Counted from the first letter of the stretch, positions 35,861 to 46,577 are shown. The stretch is 64,000 bases of DNA from an uncultured Verrucomicrobiae bacterium (GCA_963769025.1 CAVYKI010000006.1:32001-96000), one strand, 5' to 3'. Notes: generated by a model not told the origin, from the sequence alone. Numbers and translations are program-made.

Positions 35861-36039
35861 GCGGGGGGTGGCAAGCAAAGCATGTCTGTTCGACTGCGAA
35901 CAAGCTTTGCCGCGCGGTCCCGCGGCATTTCACAGCGGGCTACGCTGCGCGAGAGTCATCCTCTTCGTCTTCGATCCGAACCATGGCTGTAGGCGTTCCT
36001 TCGCGGAATGCAAAGGGGGTGACTGGGTATTTCGCCCGG

Positions 36040-37698
36040 CTATTTTCCGTCAGGATAGAAAATCACCTCCTTCACGTTCTCGTCGGCGACGTGGTTTCCG
36101 GAAATGATGTTCGACTTGTTCCGGCCACGGACGCGAAACGCGGTGGTAACGGAGTCTGTCACCGAGTTGTCGCTGGCGAGGATTTCCGCATCCTCCGCGG
36201 AGAGGGCATGACGCCAGCCGCTCACGGTGTTCCCGGTCATTTCCACGTGCGCTCCCGGGAGTGCCCAGACGCCGAAGTTCGGCGGGCCTCCTTTGCTAAG
36301 CTTGACGCCTTCAATCCGGTTGCCGATGACGCGAATCGTCCCGGCCACGCGGATCGCCGCGACACCGCCACCCCGGAGGGTGTTGTTCGTAAAGAGCGCG
36401 GTCGCCCCCTCGAACACCATCACGAGCGGTGGCATGTCCTTGGCGCGGGCAATTTGGTTGCCGCTCAGCGTGACCGTCCATCCTGAATTGATGCCGACGG
36501 CGACGGCGAAGTTTTCGAGAATGCGGTTGTCGCTCAGCACGGCGGTGTTTTTTCCACTGCCGGAAAAGCCGATGCCCGCTGCCTTATTCGCATGGCAATG
36601 GTTGCCGGTGACCTGCGTGTCGCTGCCGGTCGCGAGGCCGATGCCCGCCTCCCCGTTCTCAAAGCACTCGTTGCCCAGGATCGAGGGACGCGCCTGGTCG
36701 CGGGCACCGATCCCGGCGAGCACGTTGCGAAAGCAGCGGTTGTTGCTAATCACCGGCTCGGCCTTTTCTTCCACGCCAATGCCCGCCATGCCGTTGTCGT
36801 GGCACTCGTTTCGCTCGATGATGGGGCGCGTGTTGGCAGCGGTGCGGATGCCAATGCCCGCGCGGCGGTTTCCGTAGCAGACATTGTTGCGCACCGTCGG
36901 GCACGCCCCCTCGCTCACGCCGATCCCTGCGCGGATGTTGCCGTGACAGCGGTTGAACTCGACGAGGGGACTCGCGTTCTCATGGCCGATGCCGGCGTAG
37001 AAATTCTCGAAACAGGTGTTGCCCCGGATGACGGCCGTGGAGCCGCTCATCGAGCCGATGCCTCCGCCCATATTGCGGTAGCAGATGTTCCCGAGGATCA
37101 GCGGCGCGCACCTGCGGCCATCCACGCCGGCGATGGCAATGCCTGTGTAGCCGGAGTGGCGGACAATGTTGTGCCGCACCACACAGTTCACGCCGCGGAT
37201 GCTCACGCCGGCCACGCCAGGCGCGCCGATGTGCTCATGCGCCTGCTCGTTCCCCCGGGTCTCGAAATGCCTCTTCCACTCGGCGTCGTCATAGCGGCCT
37301 GCGTTGGCAACGGTGAATCCGTCGAGCACCGCACCCTCCGCCATGTCGACGCCCGGATGTGCGTCCTGCGTGCCGCCACCATCGATCACCGTCGCCTCGG
37401 CGCGTTTCAGTCCGAGTGTCCCCTGGGAATCGTCGCCGGCGCTCCGAAGCGTCACCTTCTCCTTGAGCCGCACACGTTCGGGATAGGTGCCCGGATCGAC
37501 GACCACGGTGTCACCGGGATGCGCCGCATCCACGGCGGTCTGAATCGTTCGAAAATCCGCGGGGACGCGCAACGTGGCTGCCTGCAATGGGCACGCACCG
37601 ACGATGAGTGATGGCACCGCGAGTAACGGCCAGCGGCGAAGCCAGCCCATTTTTCCGAGTCGTGATGAGATTCGGGGCACCGGGGTGAGGTCGTTCAT
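36040..37698 (-). CDS. Secreted right-handed parallel beta-helix repeat protein
   Basis: LRVPADFRTIQTAVDAA cap; repeated (I/V)xxNxCxxNxxAGIG coils; start may be 37650. Confidence 0.85.
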   Translation of the reverse strand: MNDLTPVPRISSRLGKMGWLRRWPLLAVPSLIVGACPLQAATLRVPADFRTIQTAVDAAHPGDTVVVDPGTYPERVRLKEKVTLRSAGDDSQGTLGLKRAEATVIDGGGTQDAHPGVDMAEGAVLDGFTVANAGRYDDAEWKRHFETRGNEQAHEHIGAPGVAGVSIRGVNCVVRHNIVRHSGYTGIAIAGVDGRRCAPLILGNICYRNMGGGIGSMSGSTAVIRGNTCFENFYAGIGHENASPLVEFNRCHGNIRAGIGVSEGACPTVRNNVCYGNRRAGIGIRTAANTRPIIERNECHDNGMAGIGVEEKAEPVISNNRCFRNVLAGIGARDQARPSILGNECFENGEAGIGLATGSDTQVTGNHCHANKAAGIGFSGSGKNTAVLSDNRILENFAVAVGINSGWTVTLSGNQIARAKDMPPLVMVFEGATALFTNNTLRGGGVAAIRVAGTIRVIGNRIEGVKLSKGGPPNFGVWALPGAHVEMTGNTVSGWRHALSAEDAEILASDNSVTDSVTTAFRVRGRNKSNIISGNHVADENVKEVIFYPDGK

Positions 37699-37958
37699 GC
37701 CAGAGCCACCCGACCAATTTTGAATCGTTAGCACGGAACCGCGAAGCAGCCAATAAAACGGCGAAACTCTGCTCAAAAGGCGCGGCTGAATTCCCCTGTT
37801 GTCGGGTAACCGCTTCCCGGGAAGCACCGCGCTTCCGCCTGAGCCTCAGCGAGGGGCGTCGCGCAGCTGCGCTCTGTGTTCGTTTGCTGGCGACCAAGCC
37901 GCGCGTACGGCTCCGTTTAAGCCAGCCTGGCGCGGTAAGATTGCAGGCGGCAGCGAGG

Positions 37959-38415
37959 CTACTTTGCCTTCTTCGGCTCTTCCCGCGCGCATTTGCAGAG
38001 CCACTCCTCGCTTCTTGCAGCTCCCGCAGACCTTCGTGTCGTATTGCAATCGGGCGGTGACGGCCTTGGCCTTCGCGTTGTCCTTGAATTGCACGATCAG
38101 CCACTCGCCGGCCTTCACGATGGGGACGACGAAATGACCGCCGTCTTTTTCCACGGCGAGCTTCTCGGGCTTTGTGCCGGTCGCCGGCCGGTGGCGGTGA
38201 GCATCTGTTCGCCGAGCGCGACGGGCTTCATGTCCTTGTCGAGCAGCGGCGATGTGGAACTTGCCGCCCTTGACGGTGACTTCGCCGTGCATGGTTTCGT
38301 TCTTGGAGAACTCGAGGATGCGTCCGCCGTTCGGGCCGACTTCGACTTCGCCGTGCGCGAAGGCTGCGGCGGTGAGGGCGAGGCTGCCGAGCAGCGCGAG
38401 GATGTGTTTTTTCAT
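37959..38415 (-). CDS. Small secreted His/Cys protein, last gene of the RND operon (indels)
   Basis: Signal peptide ending AFA, then HGEVEVGPNGGR; frame-corrected tail CGSCKK..EEWLCKCAREEPKKAK* ending at 37959. Confidence 0.7.
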
Positions 38416-38504
38416 GTTGGTTTGTTTGTGTGTGTTTGCTTTGCGGTCCGGGTGAAGGTGACCGCGCCGTGGCGTCCAGACCGCCGCCGCGGCGCGGAGA
38501 GTTG

Positions 38505-41500
38505 TCAGTGTGAGGCGGGCGCTTCGTTCGTCGATGGCCCGCCGCGCGGCCTTGCGGCCGAAGGTGTAGAAGACCGTCGGGCGTGACGCCGAGGCCGAGC
38601 AGCGTGCTGGTGATGAGTCCGCCGACGATGACGACGGCGACGGGATGCAGGATTTCCTTGCCCGGCTGATCGGCGGCGAGGACGAGCGGGATGAGGCCGA
38701 TGCCGGCGGCGAGCGCGGTCATGAGCACGGGGACGAGCCGTTCCTTCGTGCCGCGGATGACCATCGCCTTGGTGAAGCCTTCGCCCTCGTGCTGCATGAG
38801 GTGCAGGTAGTGGCGAGATCAGCATGATGCTGTTGCGCGCCGCGACGCCCGCCGACGGCGATGAAGCCGACGAGCGTGGCGATGCTGATGTTGTTCAGCT
38901 TGAACTAGGTGAAGACGAGCCCGCCGACGAGCGCGAGCGGGATGTCGCAGAGCACCTGGAAGGCGAAGAACGGCGTGCGGAAATAGCCGTAGAGCAGGAA
39001 GGCGATGACGACGAAGACGACCGCGCTGAGAGATGGCGATGCGCTGCGAGGCTTCGCTTCTGCGCCTGGAATTCGCCCTCGTAGCGTGATGAAGTAGCCC
39101 TCGGGCAGCTTCACCTTCTCGCGCGACTTCGCTTTTGCAGCTCGCACGACGAGCGTGCTCGACATCGCGCACCGTCGGCTTGATGGCGATGGCGAAGCGG
39201 CGCTGGCTGTTTTCGCGGAAGATGACGTTCGGTCCCTTCGCCTCGCGCACGTCGGCGACGAGCGAGAGCGGGATGCGCTGCAGGCCGCCTTCGCTGTCGT
39301 GACCTCGATGGGCAGCTCGGCGAGTTTCTCCGGCGATCTCGCGCCACTCCAGCGGGCAGGCGGATGACGAGATCGACGGTCGCGCTGGCCTTCGCGCAGC
39401 TCGGCGACGTTCTCGCCGCCGAGCAGCGTGGAGAGCTGTTCGTTGAGCTTGCCCGGCGTGATGCCGTAGGCGGCGCGCGCGGTCGCGGTCCGCCTCGATG
39501 CGGAGCTGCGGGATGACGGATTGCTGATCGAGCTTGGCGTCCTCGAAGCCGGGGATGCGTTTTCGCGACGCGCCTGCACCTCGATGCCGAGCTGCCGCAG
39601 CTTGTCGAGGTCGGGGCCGAAGATCTTGACCGCCACCGGCGCGGAGACGCCGCTGAGCATGTGGCCGATGCGGTCGGCGAGCGGCCCCATCACCACGCTG
39701 AAGGTGCCGGGCACGCTCTGCACTTTCTTGCGCACGTCGGCGAGGATCTCCGCGCGGCTGCGCTGCGGGCTCGCTCTTTTCGGTCGCGGAAATCCACGTC
39801 GAACTCCGCGGTGCGACACCGGCACGACATGGTCGCCGCGCTCGGCGCGCCCGAGACGGCGGCCCGACCTTTCGCACTTCGGGGACGCTGAGGAGCTGCT
39901 GCTCGATGCACGTCGGAGATCTTGTTCATCTCCTCGAGCGAAGTGCCCGGCGCGGCGGTGGTGGCGACGAGCGCGGTCTCCTCCCGGAACGCGGGCAGGA
40001 AGTCCTTGCCCATCTGCGGATAGAGCGAGGAACGCGGCGACGACCATCATGCCGACGACGCCGAGCAGCAGGAACGGCTGCGAAAGCCCGAAGCGCAGCA
40101 GCGTGTGTTCGAGCAGCCACTTCATGCCGCGCGTGACGAAGCCGTCCTTGTGCGCGTCGCCTTCCTTCGGCCGGAGCAGGAACGAGCAGAGCACCGGGAA
40201 TGACCGTGAGCGAGACGACGAACGACGCGATCATCGAGACGATGGTGGCGATGGCGATGGGCGCGAAGAGCCGGCCCTCCACGCCGCTCAGGCCCGAGCA
40301 GCGGCAGGAAGACGAGGATGATGAGCAGCGTGGCGTAGAGGATGGAATTCCGCACTTCGCCGGAGGCGCGCGCGATGACTTCGAGCCGCGGCTGCGGCTG
40401 CGGCAGCGCGGCGTTTTCGCGCAGGCGGCGGAAGACATTTTCCACGTCCACGATGGCGTCATCCACGACCATGCCGATGGCGACGGCGAGGCCGCCGAGC
40501 GTCATCGAGTTCACGGAGATGCCGAACCATTTGAAGACGAGCATCGTGATGGCGAAGGACAGCGGCATCGCCATGAGCGTGATGAACGTGGTGCGGAAAT
40601 TCAGCAGGAAGAGGAAGATGACGATCGTCACCATGATCGCGCCGTCGCGGATGGCTTCCTTGAGGTTGCCGATGGCGTGCTCGATGAAGTCGCCCTGGCG
40701 GAAAAGCAGCATCGGTCTCGACGCCCGCGGGCAGCGTCGGCTTGCAGCTCGGCGAGCGCCTTCTCGATCTTCGCCGTGAGCGCGCGCGTGTCGAAGCCGG
40801 GCGCTTTCGTGATGCTCATGCACCACGCCGGCGCTTCGCCGTTCACGCTGCGCGTCGCCGCGCATCGGCTCGACGCCCCACTCGACGCTGCGCCACGTCG
40901 CCGATGCGGATGCGGGCGGTCGCCGACCTTCTTGACGACGGTGCTGCGCGATGTCGTCGAGCTGCACGGTCATGGCGAGATTGCGCACCATGATTTCCGT
41001 CGGTGCCGGTGTTGATGAAGCCGCCGGTCGAGTTGCTCGCCGCCTCCTTCGCGGCGGTTTCGAGTTCGTCGAAGCGTGACCTCGTGCGCCGGCCATGCGG
41101 TACGGGTCGGGCTGGACCTGCGATCTGCTTGACGCCGCCGCCCATGTTCAGGACTTCGGCGATGCCGGGGATGCTTTGCAGGCGCGGGCGGATCGTCCAG
41201 TCCGCGAGCGTGCGCACGTCGCGCGGCAGCGATCTTGCCGTCGCGGCTGCGCACGCCGACGAGCAGGATTTCGCCCATGAGCGAGGCGACCGGCGTCAGG
41301 AACGGCTGCACGCCCGTCGGGCAGCGTGCTCGCGCACGCCCTGCAGCCGCTCCTGCACGAGCTGCCGCGCCTTGTAGATGTCCGTGCCCCAGCCGAACTC
41401 CGCATAGACGAGCGAGAGCGACACGTCGGAATTCGAGCGCAGCCGCGTCAGCCCGGCGACGCCCATGCAGCGCGCTCTCGATGCGGCTGCGTGACGCGCG

Positions 41501-41689
41501 TCTCCACCTCCTCCGGCGCGAGGCCCGGCGCTTCGGTGAGGATGATGACGGTCGGCTTCGTGAGATCCGGCAGCACCTCGACCGGCAGTTGCATCGTCGT
41601 CTGCACGCCCGATGACCATGAGCAGCAGCGCCAGCGCGAGGACGATCGCGCGGTTGTGCAGCGACGAGGCGGATGAGCTTGTTCAGCAT
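38505..41689 (-). CDS. Heavy-metal efflux RND permease (CzcA/CusA family), many indels
   Basis: [64 protein letters not shown] spread across frames. Confidence 0.9.
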
Positions 41690-41692
41690 GGC

Positions 41693-42874
41693 CTAGTGCG
41701 ATTCCGCTTTCGGGGCCGCGTGCTCGGCGCGTCGTCCGCCTTCGGCTTGCGCAGCATCGCCACGACGAGCAGCACGAGCAGCAGGCCGTTCGAGGCGAGC
41801 GAGAAAGATCGTGAGCGTCGAGAGCCGTGCCGCCGTGTGCGTGGCCGTCGCCGCCGCTGCCGCGCGGCGCGCCCGCTCTTCTGTCCGGCGGTCATCTCGC
41901 AGCCGTCCTCGTTGTGCTCGTGGCCGTGCGCGGCATCGAGCGCCTCCTTCAGCGACACGCTGCCCTTGCCGGCAAAGCCGAGCGAGTAGGCGCCGCGTCG
42001 TCACCACTTCATCGCCCGGCGAGGAGGCCGCCGGTGATTTCCACGAAGCGGTCGTTCATCGCGCCGACCTGCACCGGCATGCTCACGAAGGTGTGCTTGA
42101 GCGAGTCGTCGTAGTGCTTGACGATAGACGAAGCGGTTGGCCGCGTCGCCTTGCAGCGCGACGCGCGGGACGCTCATCACGCCCTCGCGTTTGCCGAGCA
42201 CGATGGAAAACTCCGCGCGCATGTCCGGGCGCAGCACGCAGCCTCGGGATTCTCGACGTGAAAGGCGGCCTCGAGCGTGCCGCTCTTCGCATCCGCCTCC
42301 GCGCCGAGATGCGCGAGCGTCGCCTCGAAGGTTCGTCCCGGCACCGCCGTCACGCGGATGTGCGCGGTCTGCCCGGCGCGCAGTCTTGCCGACGAGGTGC
42401 TCGGGCACCGCGGCGACGGCGTGGACCTCGGCGAGATCGATGATTTCGACCAGCGAATCGTCCGGCGTCACCGGCTGTCCGGGCACGACGTTGACCGCCG
42501 AGACCATGCCGCTGATCGGCGCGGTGAGCCGGATGGACGGCGGCGGATCGCCGGGCTGCCGGCTCTCGATCACGGCCACCTCCGCGCCTTTCTCGATCGC
42601 GCGTGTCGATGTGCGCGCTCACGCTCAGCACGCGCCCCGGCACGCGGCTGCTGACCACCGCGCGATGGCCCGGCGCCACGCGGATGCGGCCGAGCGCGAA
42701 GACCGTTTCCTCGAAGTCGGTCTCCTCGGCTTCGACCGTTTCGATGCTTGAGATTCTTCACGCCGGTCTCGTCGAGGATGACGGTGTTGGCGGCTTCCTC
42801 GGGCGAAATCGGCGGCGCGCAGAGGCGCGAATGCGCAGCAGCGCGGCGGAGAGGATGGTGAGTTTTCTGATCAT
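41693..42874 (-). CDS. RND periplasmic adaptor (CzcB-like) with His-rich C-terminus and terminal hydrophobic helix, indels
   Basis: [52 protein letters not shown]. Confidence 0.82.
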
Positions 42875-42896
42875 GGATGGAGGTCGAGAGTGGGAT

Positions 42897-43254
42897 TCAA
42901 AGGTTCACGCCAGCGGTTTTCAGCAGGCGCATGGTGAGAAAGTAGAGCGCGACGGTGAGCGCCAGGCCCGCGCGCGAGCGCGGGCCAGAACGCCACGCCT
43001 CGCCGCAGCAGCCACGGCACTGCGAGGAACATCGGCAGCGTCGGCAGGACGAACAAGAAGGTGCCGGTCATGTGCCGTCCGATGAGTGCGGTGTCGCGCG
43101 TCCCCGCGTAGAGCCAGATGAGCGCGAGCAGCGAGACGAGCGGGAGCGAGTGGACGATGCTCGCGGCGGTGTTGTTGCGTTTCGCCAGTTCCGAGACGGC
43201 GACGATGATGCCGCCGCTGACGATACCCTTGGCAATGAGGAGTGCGGTGTTCAT
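42897..43254 (-). CDS. Small membrane protein, DUF3147-like (indel near 42970)
   Basis: KGIVSGGIIVAVSELAKR, SLPLVSLLALIWLY, FVLPTLPMF; corrected tail ALYFLTMRLLKTAGVNL*. Confidence 0.75.
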
Positions 43255-43262
43255 GGCGTCGT

Positions 43263-44528
43263 TCACTTGTGGCTGGCCGATTTCGGCGCGAGTGCGGTGG
43301 CACCGGTGGCGGCGAGGTAGCGCGTTCGGGCCAGATGGTAGTCGCGCAGGGCGGTCACGAGCTGCACTTCGAGTTCAAAGCGCCCGCCCCGCGCGCGGAC
43401 GACCTCGGTGAAGGCGCTCTGCCCGATTCCGTACGAGTTCCGGCGCTGCTCCTCGATTTTGACCGCCTGCGGAATGAGATCATCGGCGATGGACGCGACG
43501 ACCTTGGCCAGGCCGGCCATTTCTCCGCGGGCACCGGCGACTTCACCGCGGATCTGCACCGCGAGGGCGTCAAGTTCCTTGCCGGCACGCGCTGCGGTGG
43601 CGTTCGCCTCGCGGATGCGGCCCTCGTTTGCGTTCCAGAGCGGAAGCGGCAGGCTGAACTTCAGCCCGACCATCGTGTCGCGTTCAAATCCCTGCGGCGC
43701 ATCCTCGGTGCGCGCGTGCTCGGCGGTGAGTCCCACGCCGATGTCGGCCCATTTGTTCGCCATTGTGAGCGCCGCGCTTTCCCTCGCCGCCGAGGCACCG
43801 TGCTGCGCTGCCTGGTAATCGCCGCGCCTTTCCATGTTCACGCGGCCTGGCGGGGTTCCGGCGGGCATGGGCAGTTCACCGCGAATCTCGACCGGAGCGG
43901 GCGCTGTCACGCCGAGCAGCGGGCGCAGTTCGCCGAGCAGCGCCGCCTGTTCGCTGTCGAGCAGCAGGAGCGCGGTGTCGAGCTGGCTGCGCTCGAGCTG
44001 CACCTGCGCCGCATCGACCTGCGAAGCCTCGCCCGAAGCGACGCGCCTGGTCATGAAGTCGCCGAGTTCGCGGCTGGCGGCGATCTGTTTCACGCGTACC
44101 GCGCGCTGCTGGCGAAGCGCGAGCAGTTTCACCGCGAGCGCACGCGCATCTGCGGCGAGCCTGCGTTCCGCGTCGCGGACCTCAGCCTCGGCGGCGGCCA
44201 GTTGCGAACGGGACACGGCCTTTTCCAGCCGCAGGCGCCCGGTGAGCGGAAACCGCTGCATGAACTCCAGCCGGAAGCCGCGCTCCGGCATGCGGACGTT
44301 CTGCGCGTATTCGAAATCGAGTTCGGGATTCGCAAGCCGCCCCGCGCTGTCGAGCCTGCCGCGGGCCTCCTCGATGCGGAGCCGTGCGGCGGCGAGTTGC
44401 GGGTTGTGCCGGCGCACCTGCTCGTCCACGCCGTCGAGAGTGAGCGACAGGCCGCCGCTCCCCGCAGCAATGGCGGCGATGGGCAGTGCGAACAGAAAGC
44501 TGAGGAGGTGGAGTTTTCGGAAAGGCAT
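43263..44528 (-). CDS. TolC family outer membrane efflux protein (CzcC-like)
   Basis: Signal peptide; HNPQLAAAR, GRLANPELD, FSLPLPLWNANEG; located upstream of the adaptor and permease. Confidence 0.88.
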   Translation of the reverse strand: MPFRKLHLLSFLFALPIAAIAAGSGGLSLTLDGVDEQVRRHNPQLAAARLRIEEARGRLDSAGRLANPELDFEYAQNVRMPERGFRLEFMQRFPLTGRLRLEKAVSRSQLAAAEAEVRDAERRLAADARALAVKLLALRQQRAVRVKQIAASRELGDFMTRRVASGEASQVDAAQVQLERSQLDTALLLLDSEQAALLGELRPLLGVTAPAPVEIRGELPMPAGTPPGRVNMERRGDYQAAQHGASAARESAALTMANKWADIGVGLTAEHARTEDAPQGFERDTMVGLKFSLPLPLWNANEGRIREANATAARAGKELDALAVQIRGEVAGARGEMAGLAKVVASIADDLIPQAVKIEEQRRNSYGIGQSAFTEVVRARGGRFELEVQLVTALRDYHLARTRYLAATGATALAPKSASHK

Positions 44529-44609
44529 GATTTTGAAAATTGCGGGTGGATGCGAGCGTGCGCAGACGTGCGGACACGCGGGATCCGGCGATGGGCCGGG
44601 GTGATTAGG

Positions 44610-44666
44610 CTGACGCCGCAAGATTCGCCGTGCCATCCGGGCACGACGATGCGCGTCAGGCGTCAG
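44610..44666 (-). promoter_or_regulatory. Long stem-loop between the leader ORF stop and the TolC gene
   Basis: Minus strand CTGACGC-GCA-TCGTCGTGCC-(CGGAT)-GGCACGGCGA-..TGC-.GCGTCAG; no U-tract. Confidence 0.65.
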
Positions 44667-44992
44667 GCGATCTGAGGCGGATGATCGATGCCGAGCGGCA
44701 CCGCATCCGGGGGGAATTCATCCGTGTGAGACAGGAAGCCCGTCGGGACGAATGCCGCATCGGCCGCCCACAGTGTCCCAGCGGTGAGCGTGGTGAGGAC
44801 GACGTGGCAGATGCACTGGCAGCCGTCACCTTTGTCGGGGGCCTGATCGTGGTCATCGGGAGCGCAACCGGAGTGTTCCGTCTCCGCCGGCCCGTGCGAT
44901 CCGCAGCACTCGCCGAAAACATCCACGCCGAATCCCGTGAGCACGAACAGGGAGACGATGGCCAAGAAAACGCTGGAGCGGAGGAATCGCAA
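44663..44992 (-). CDS. Small signal-bearing Cys/His-rich leader protein ending IDHPPQIA
   Basis: Hydrophobic N-terminus, ECCGSH...CQCICH, Pro-rich tail; start probably TTG at 44992 (track ORF starts at 45037). Confidence 0.78.
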   Translation of the reverse strand: MRFLRSSVFLAIVSLFVLTGFGVDVFGECCGSHGPAETEHSGCAPDDHDQAPDKGDGCQCICHVVLTTLTAGTLWAADAAFVPTGFLSHTDEFPPDAVPLGIDHPPQIA

Positions 44993-45001
44993 GACGGGCG
45001 G

Positions 45002-45030
45002 AGGTAACGGGCAACTCGTCGTTGTGTCAA
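45002..45030 (-). promoter_or_regulatory. Candidate sigma70 promoter of the RND operon
   Basis: TTGACA-17 nt-TTACCT on the minus strand, 9 nt before the TTG at 44992; -10 box is weak. Confidence 0.5.
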
Positions 45031-45101
45031 GGGACACGTCCGGCTTGTCCGATGATCAGCGGGCGAATGCGCTCGCGCGGCCTAGAGCTCCGGCAGGCAG
45101 C

Positions 45102-46577
45102 TCAGTGCCGGGTAATCGGGAACTGCTTCCTGAGCAGCGCCGCCGCTTCCGCCTGGGCCTTCGCGAGGGCGGGGGAGTCGATGGCGTTCTTCATTTCGTG
45201 CGGGTCCGCGGCCGCATCGTAGAGTTCGCGTGCGACGGGTTCGCCGGTCTTCCAGTCGCGCCACTCGGTGTAGCGGACGCTGGCGGTGCGGACGCTGCAG
45301 CCCATCACGGACGGCTGGCCGCCCGGCTCGCGGTCGTAGTAGGCGGGGCGCGGGTGCTGGGTGAATGCGGCGGGCTTCAGTGCGAGCGAAGGATCGTCGA
45401 GCAGCGGCGCGAGGTTTGTGCCTTCGAGGCCATCGGGCCTTGGCAGTCCGCAGAGAGCGGTGAGCGTGGGAAAAAGATCGAGCAACTCGGTGGGCGAGGA
45501 TGTGCGTTTGCCGGCGCTTTTCATCCCGGGCGTTCCGATGAAGAACGGCACGTGCGCATCCAGCTCGAAGTTCGAAGTCTTCCCCCACAGCGTGTGCTCG
45601 CCGATCTGGTAGCCGTGGTCGGCGACGAACGTGACGATGGTGCGGTCGCCGACGCCGCTCGCGTCGAGCGCGTCGAGCACCTTGCCGAGCTGCGCGTCCA
45701 TGTAGCTGATGTTGGCAAAGTAGCCGTGGCGCATCTCCGCGGCCTGTTCGGGCGTGAGCCGCTTCTGGTCCTTCGCAGGGCCGAGGATTTCGGTGCTCTG
45801 GTGAAAGGCAATGTCCGGCGCGCCCGTCGGGCGGGGTTCGGTGTGTGCGTCGAGCGGCGGGAGCTTTGCGCGGTCGTAGAGATCCCAGTATTTCTTCGGC
45901 GCGTTGAAGGGCGCGTGCGGTTTCCAGAATCCGACCGCGAGGAAGAACGGCTCGCCCGTTGACTTCACCTGGCCGAGCACCCGCACCGCCTCGGCGGCGA
46001 CGCGACCGTCGAAGTACGCCTCGTCCGGCACGTCGCGGCATTCGCAGAGGCCGTTCTTCGCGTAGCCGAATCCCGACACGGTCGTCGCGAGGTTCGGCGG
46101 CAGCGGGCCTTCCACCTTTGCGACATCCTCGCCGTGGTTCTCGTAGTGGAGGAATTCCGGCGCGCTCCACGAGCGCGGATCGCCGTGCACCTTCGTGTGC
46201 CAGTTGTGGAAGATTTTCCCGACGCAGCGCGTGTCGTAGCCGTGCTCCTTGAACCACAGCGGCAGCGTCGTCACGTCCGGGTTCAGCTCGCGAAAGTGCG
46301 TGCCATTGTTCCAAATCCGCAGCGTGTCGGGCCGGAGTCCGGTGAGGAAGGACGAGCGCGACGGATTGCAGACGGCCTGCTGCGTGTAGGCGCGGTCGAA
46401 CTGCAGCGAGCGCTTCGCGAGCCGGTCGAGGTTCGGCGTGTGCGCGGGCGATCCGTAGCTGGCCAGCTCCGCGCGGAAATCGTCGGCGACGATGAAGAGG
46501 ACGTTCGGCTTCTGCGCGGCGGTGGCGGTGGCGCAGATAAAAATGAGAAATGCGAGGAGGCGGGGAAGCGTGTTCAT
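45102..46577 (-). CDS. Sulfatase (iduronate-2-sulfatase-like)
   Basis: KPNVLFIVADD, CNPSRSSFLTG, GKIFH, GFWKPHAPF, DHGY. Confidence 0.92.
   Translation of the reverse strand: MNTLPRLLAFLIFICATATAAQKPNVLFIVADDFRAELASYGSPAHTPNLDRLAKRSLQFDRAYTQQAVCNPSRSSFLTGLRPDTLRIWNNGTHFRELNPDVTTLPLWFKEHGYDTRCVGKIFHNWHTKVHGDPRSWSAPEFLHYENHGEDVAKVEGPLPPNLATTVSGFGYAKNGLCECRDVPDEAYFDGRVAAEAVRVLGQVKSTGEPFFLAVGFWKPHAPFNAPKKYWDLYDRAKLPPLDAHTEPRPTGAPDIAFHQSTEILGPAKDQKRLTPEQAAEMRHGYFANISYMDAQLGKVLDALDASGVGDRTIVTFVADHGYQIGEHTLWGKTSNFELDAHVPFFIGTPGMKSAGKRTSSPTELLDLFPTLTALCGLPRPDGLEGTNLAPLLDDPSLALKPAAFTQHPRPAYYDREPGGQPSVMGCSVRTASVRYTEWRDWKTGEPVARELYDAAADPHEMKNAIDSPALAKAQAEAAALLRKQFPITRH

Noticed and set aside
35887..35902. 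LexA/SOS box
   Set aside because: The reported verrucomicrobial motif is TGTTC-N4-GAACA; this site has a 6-nt spacer and precedes a sulfatase.
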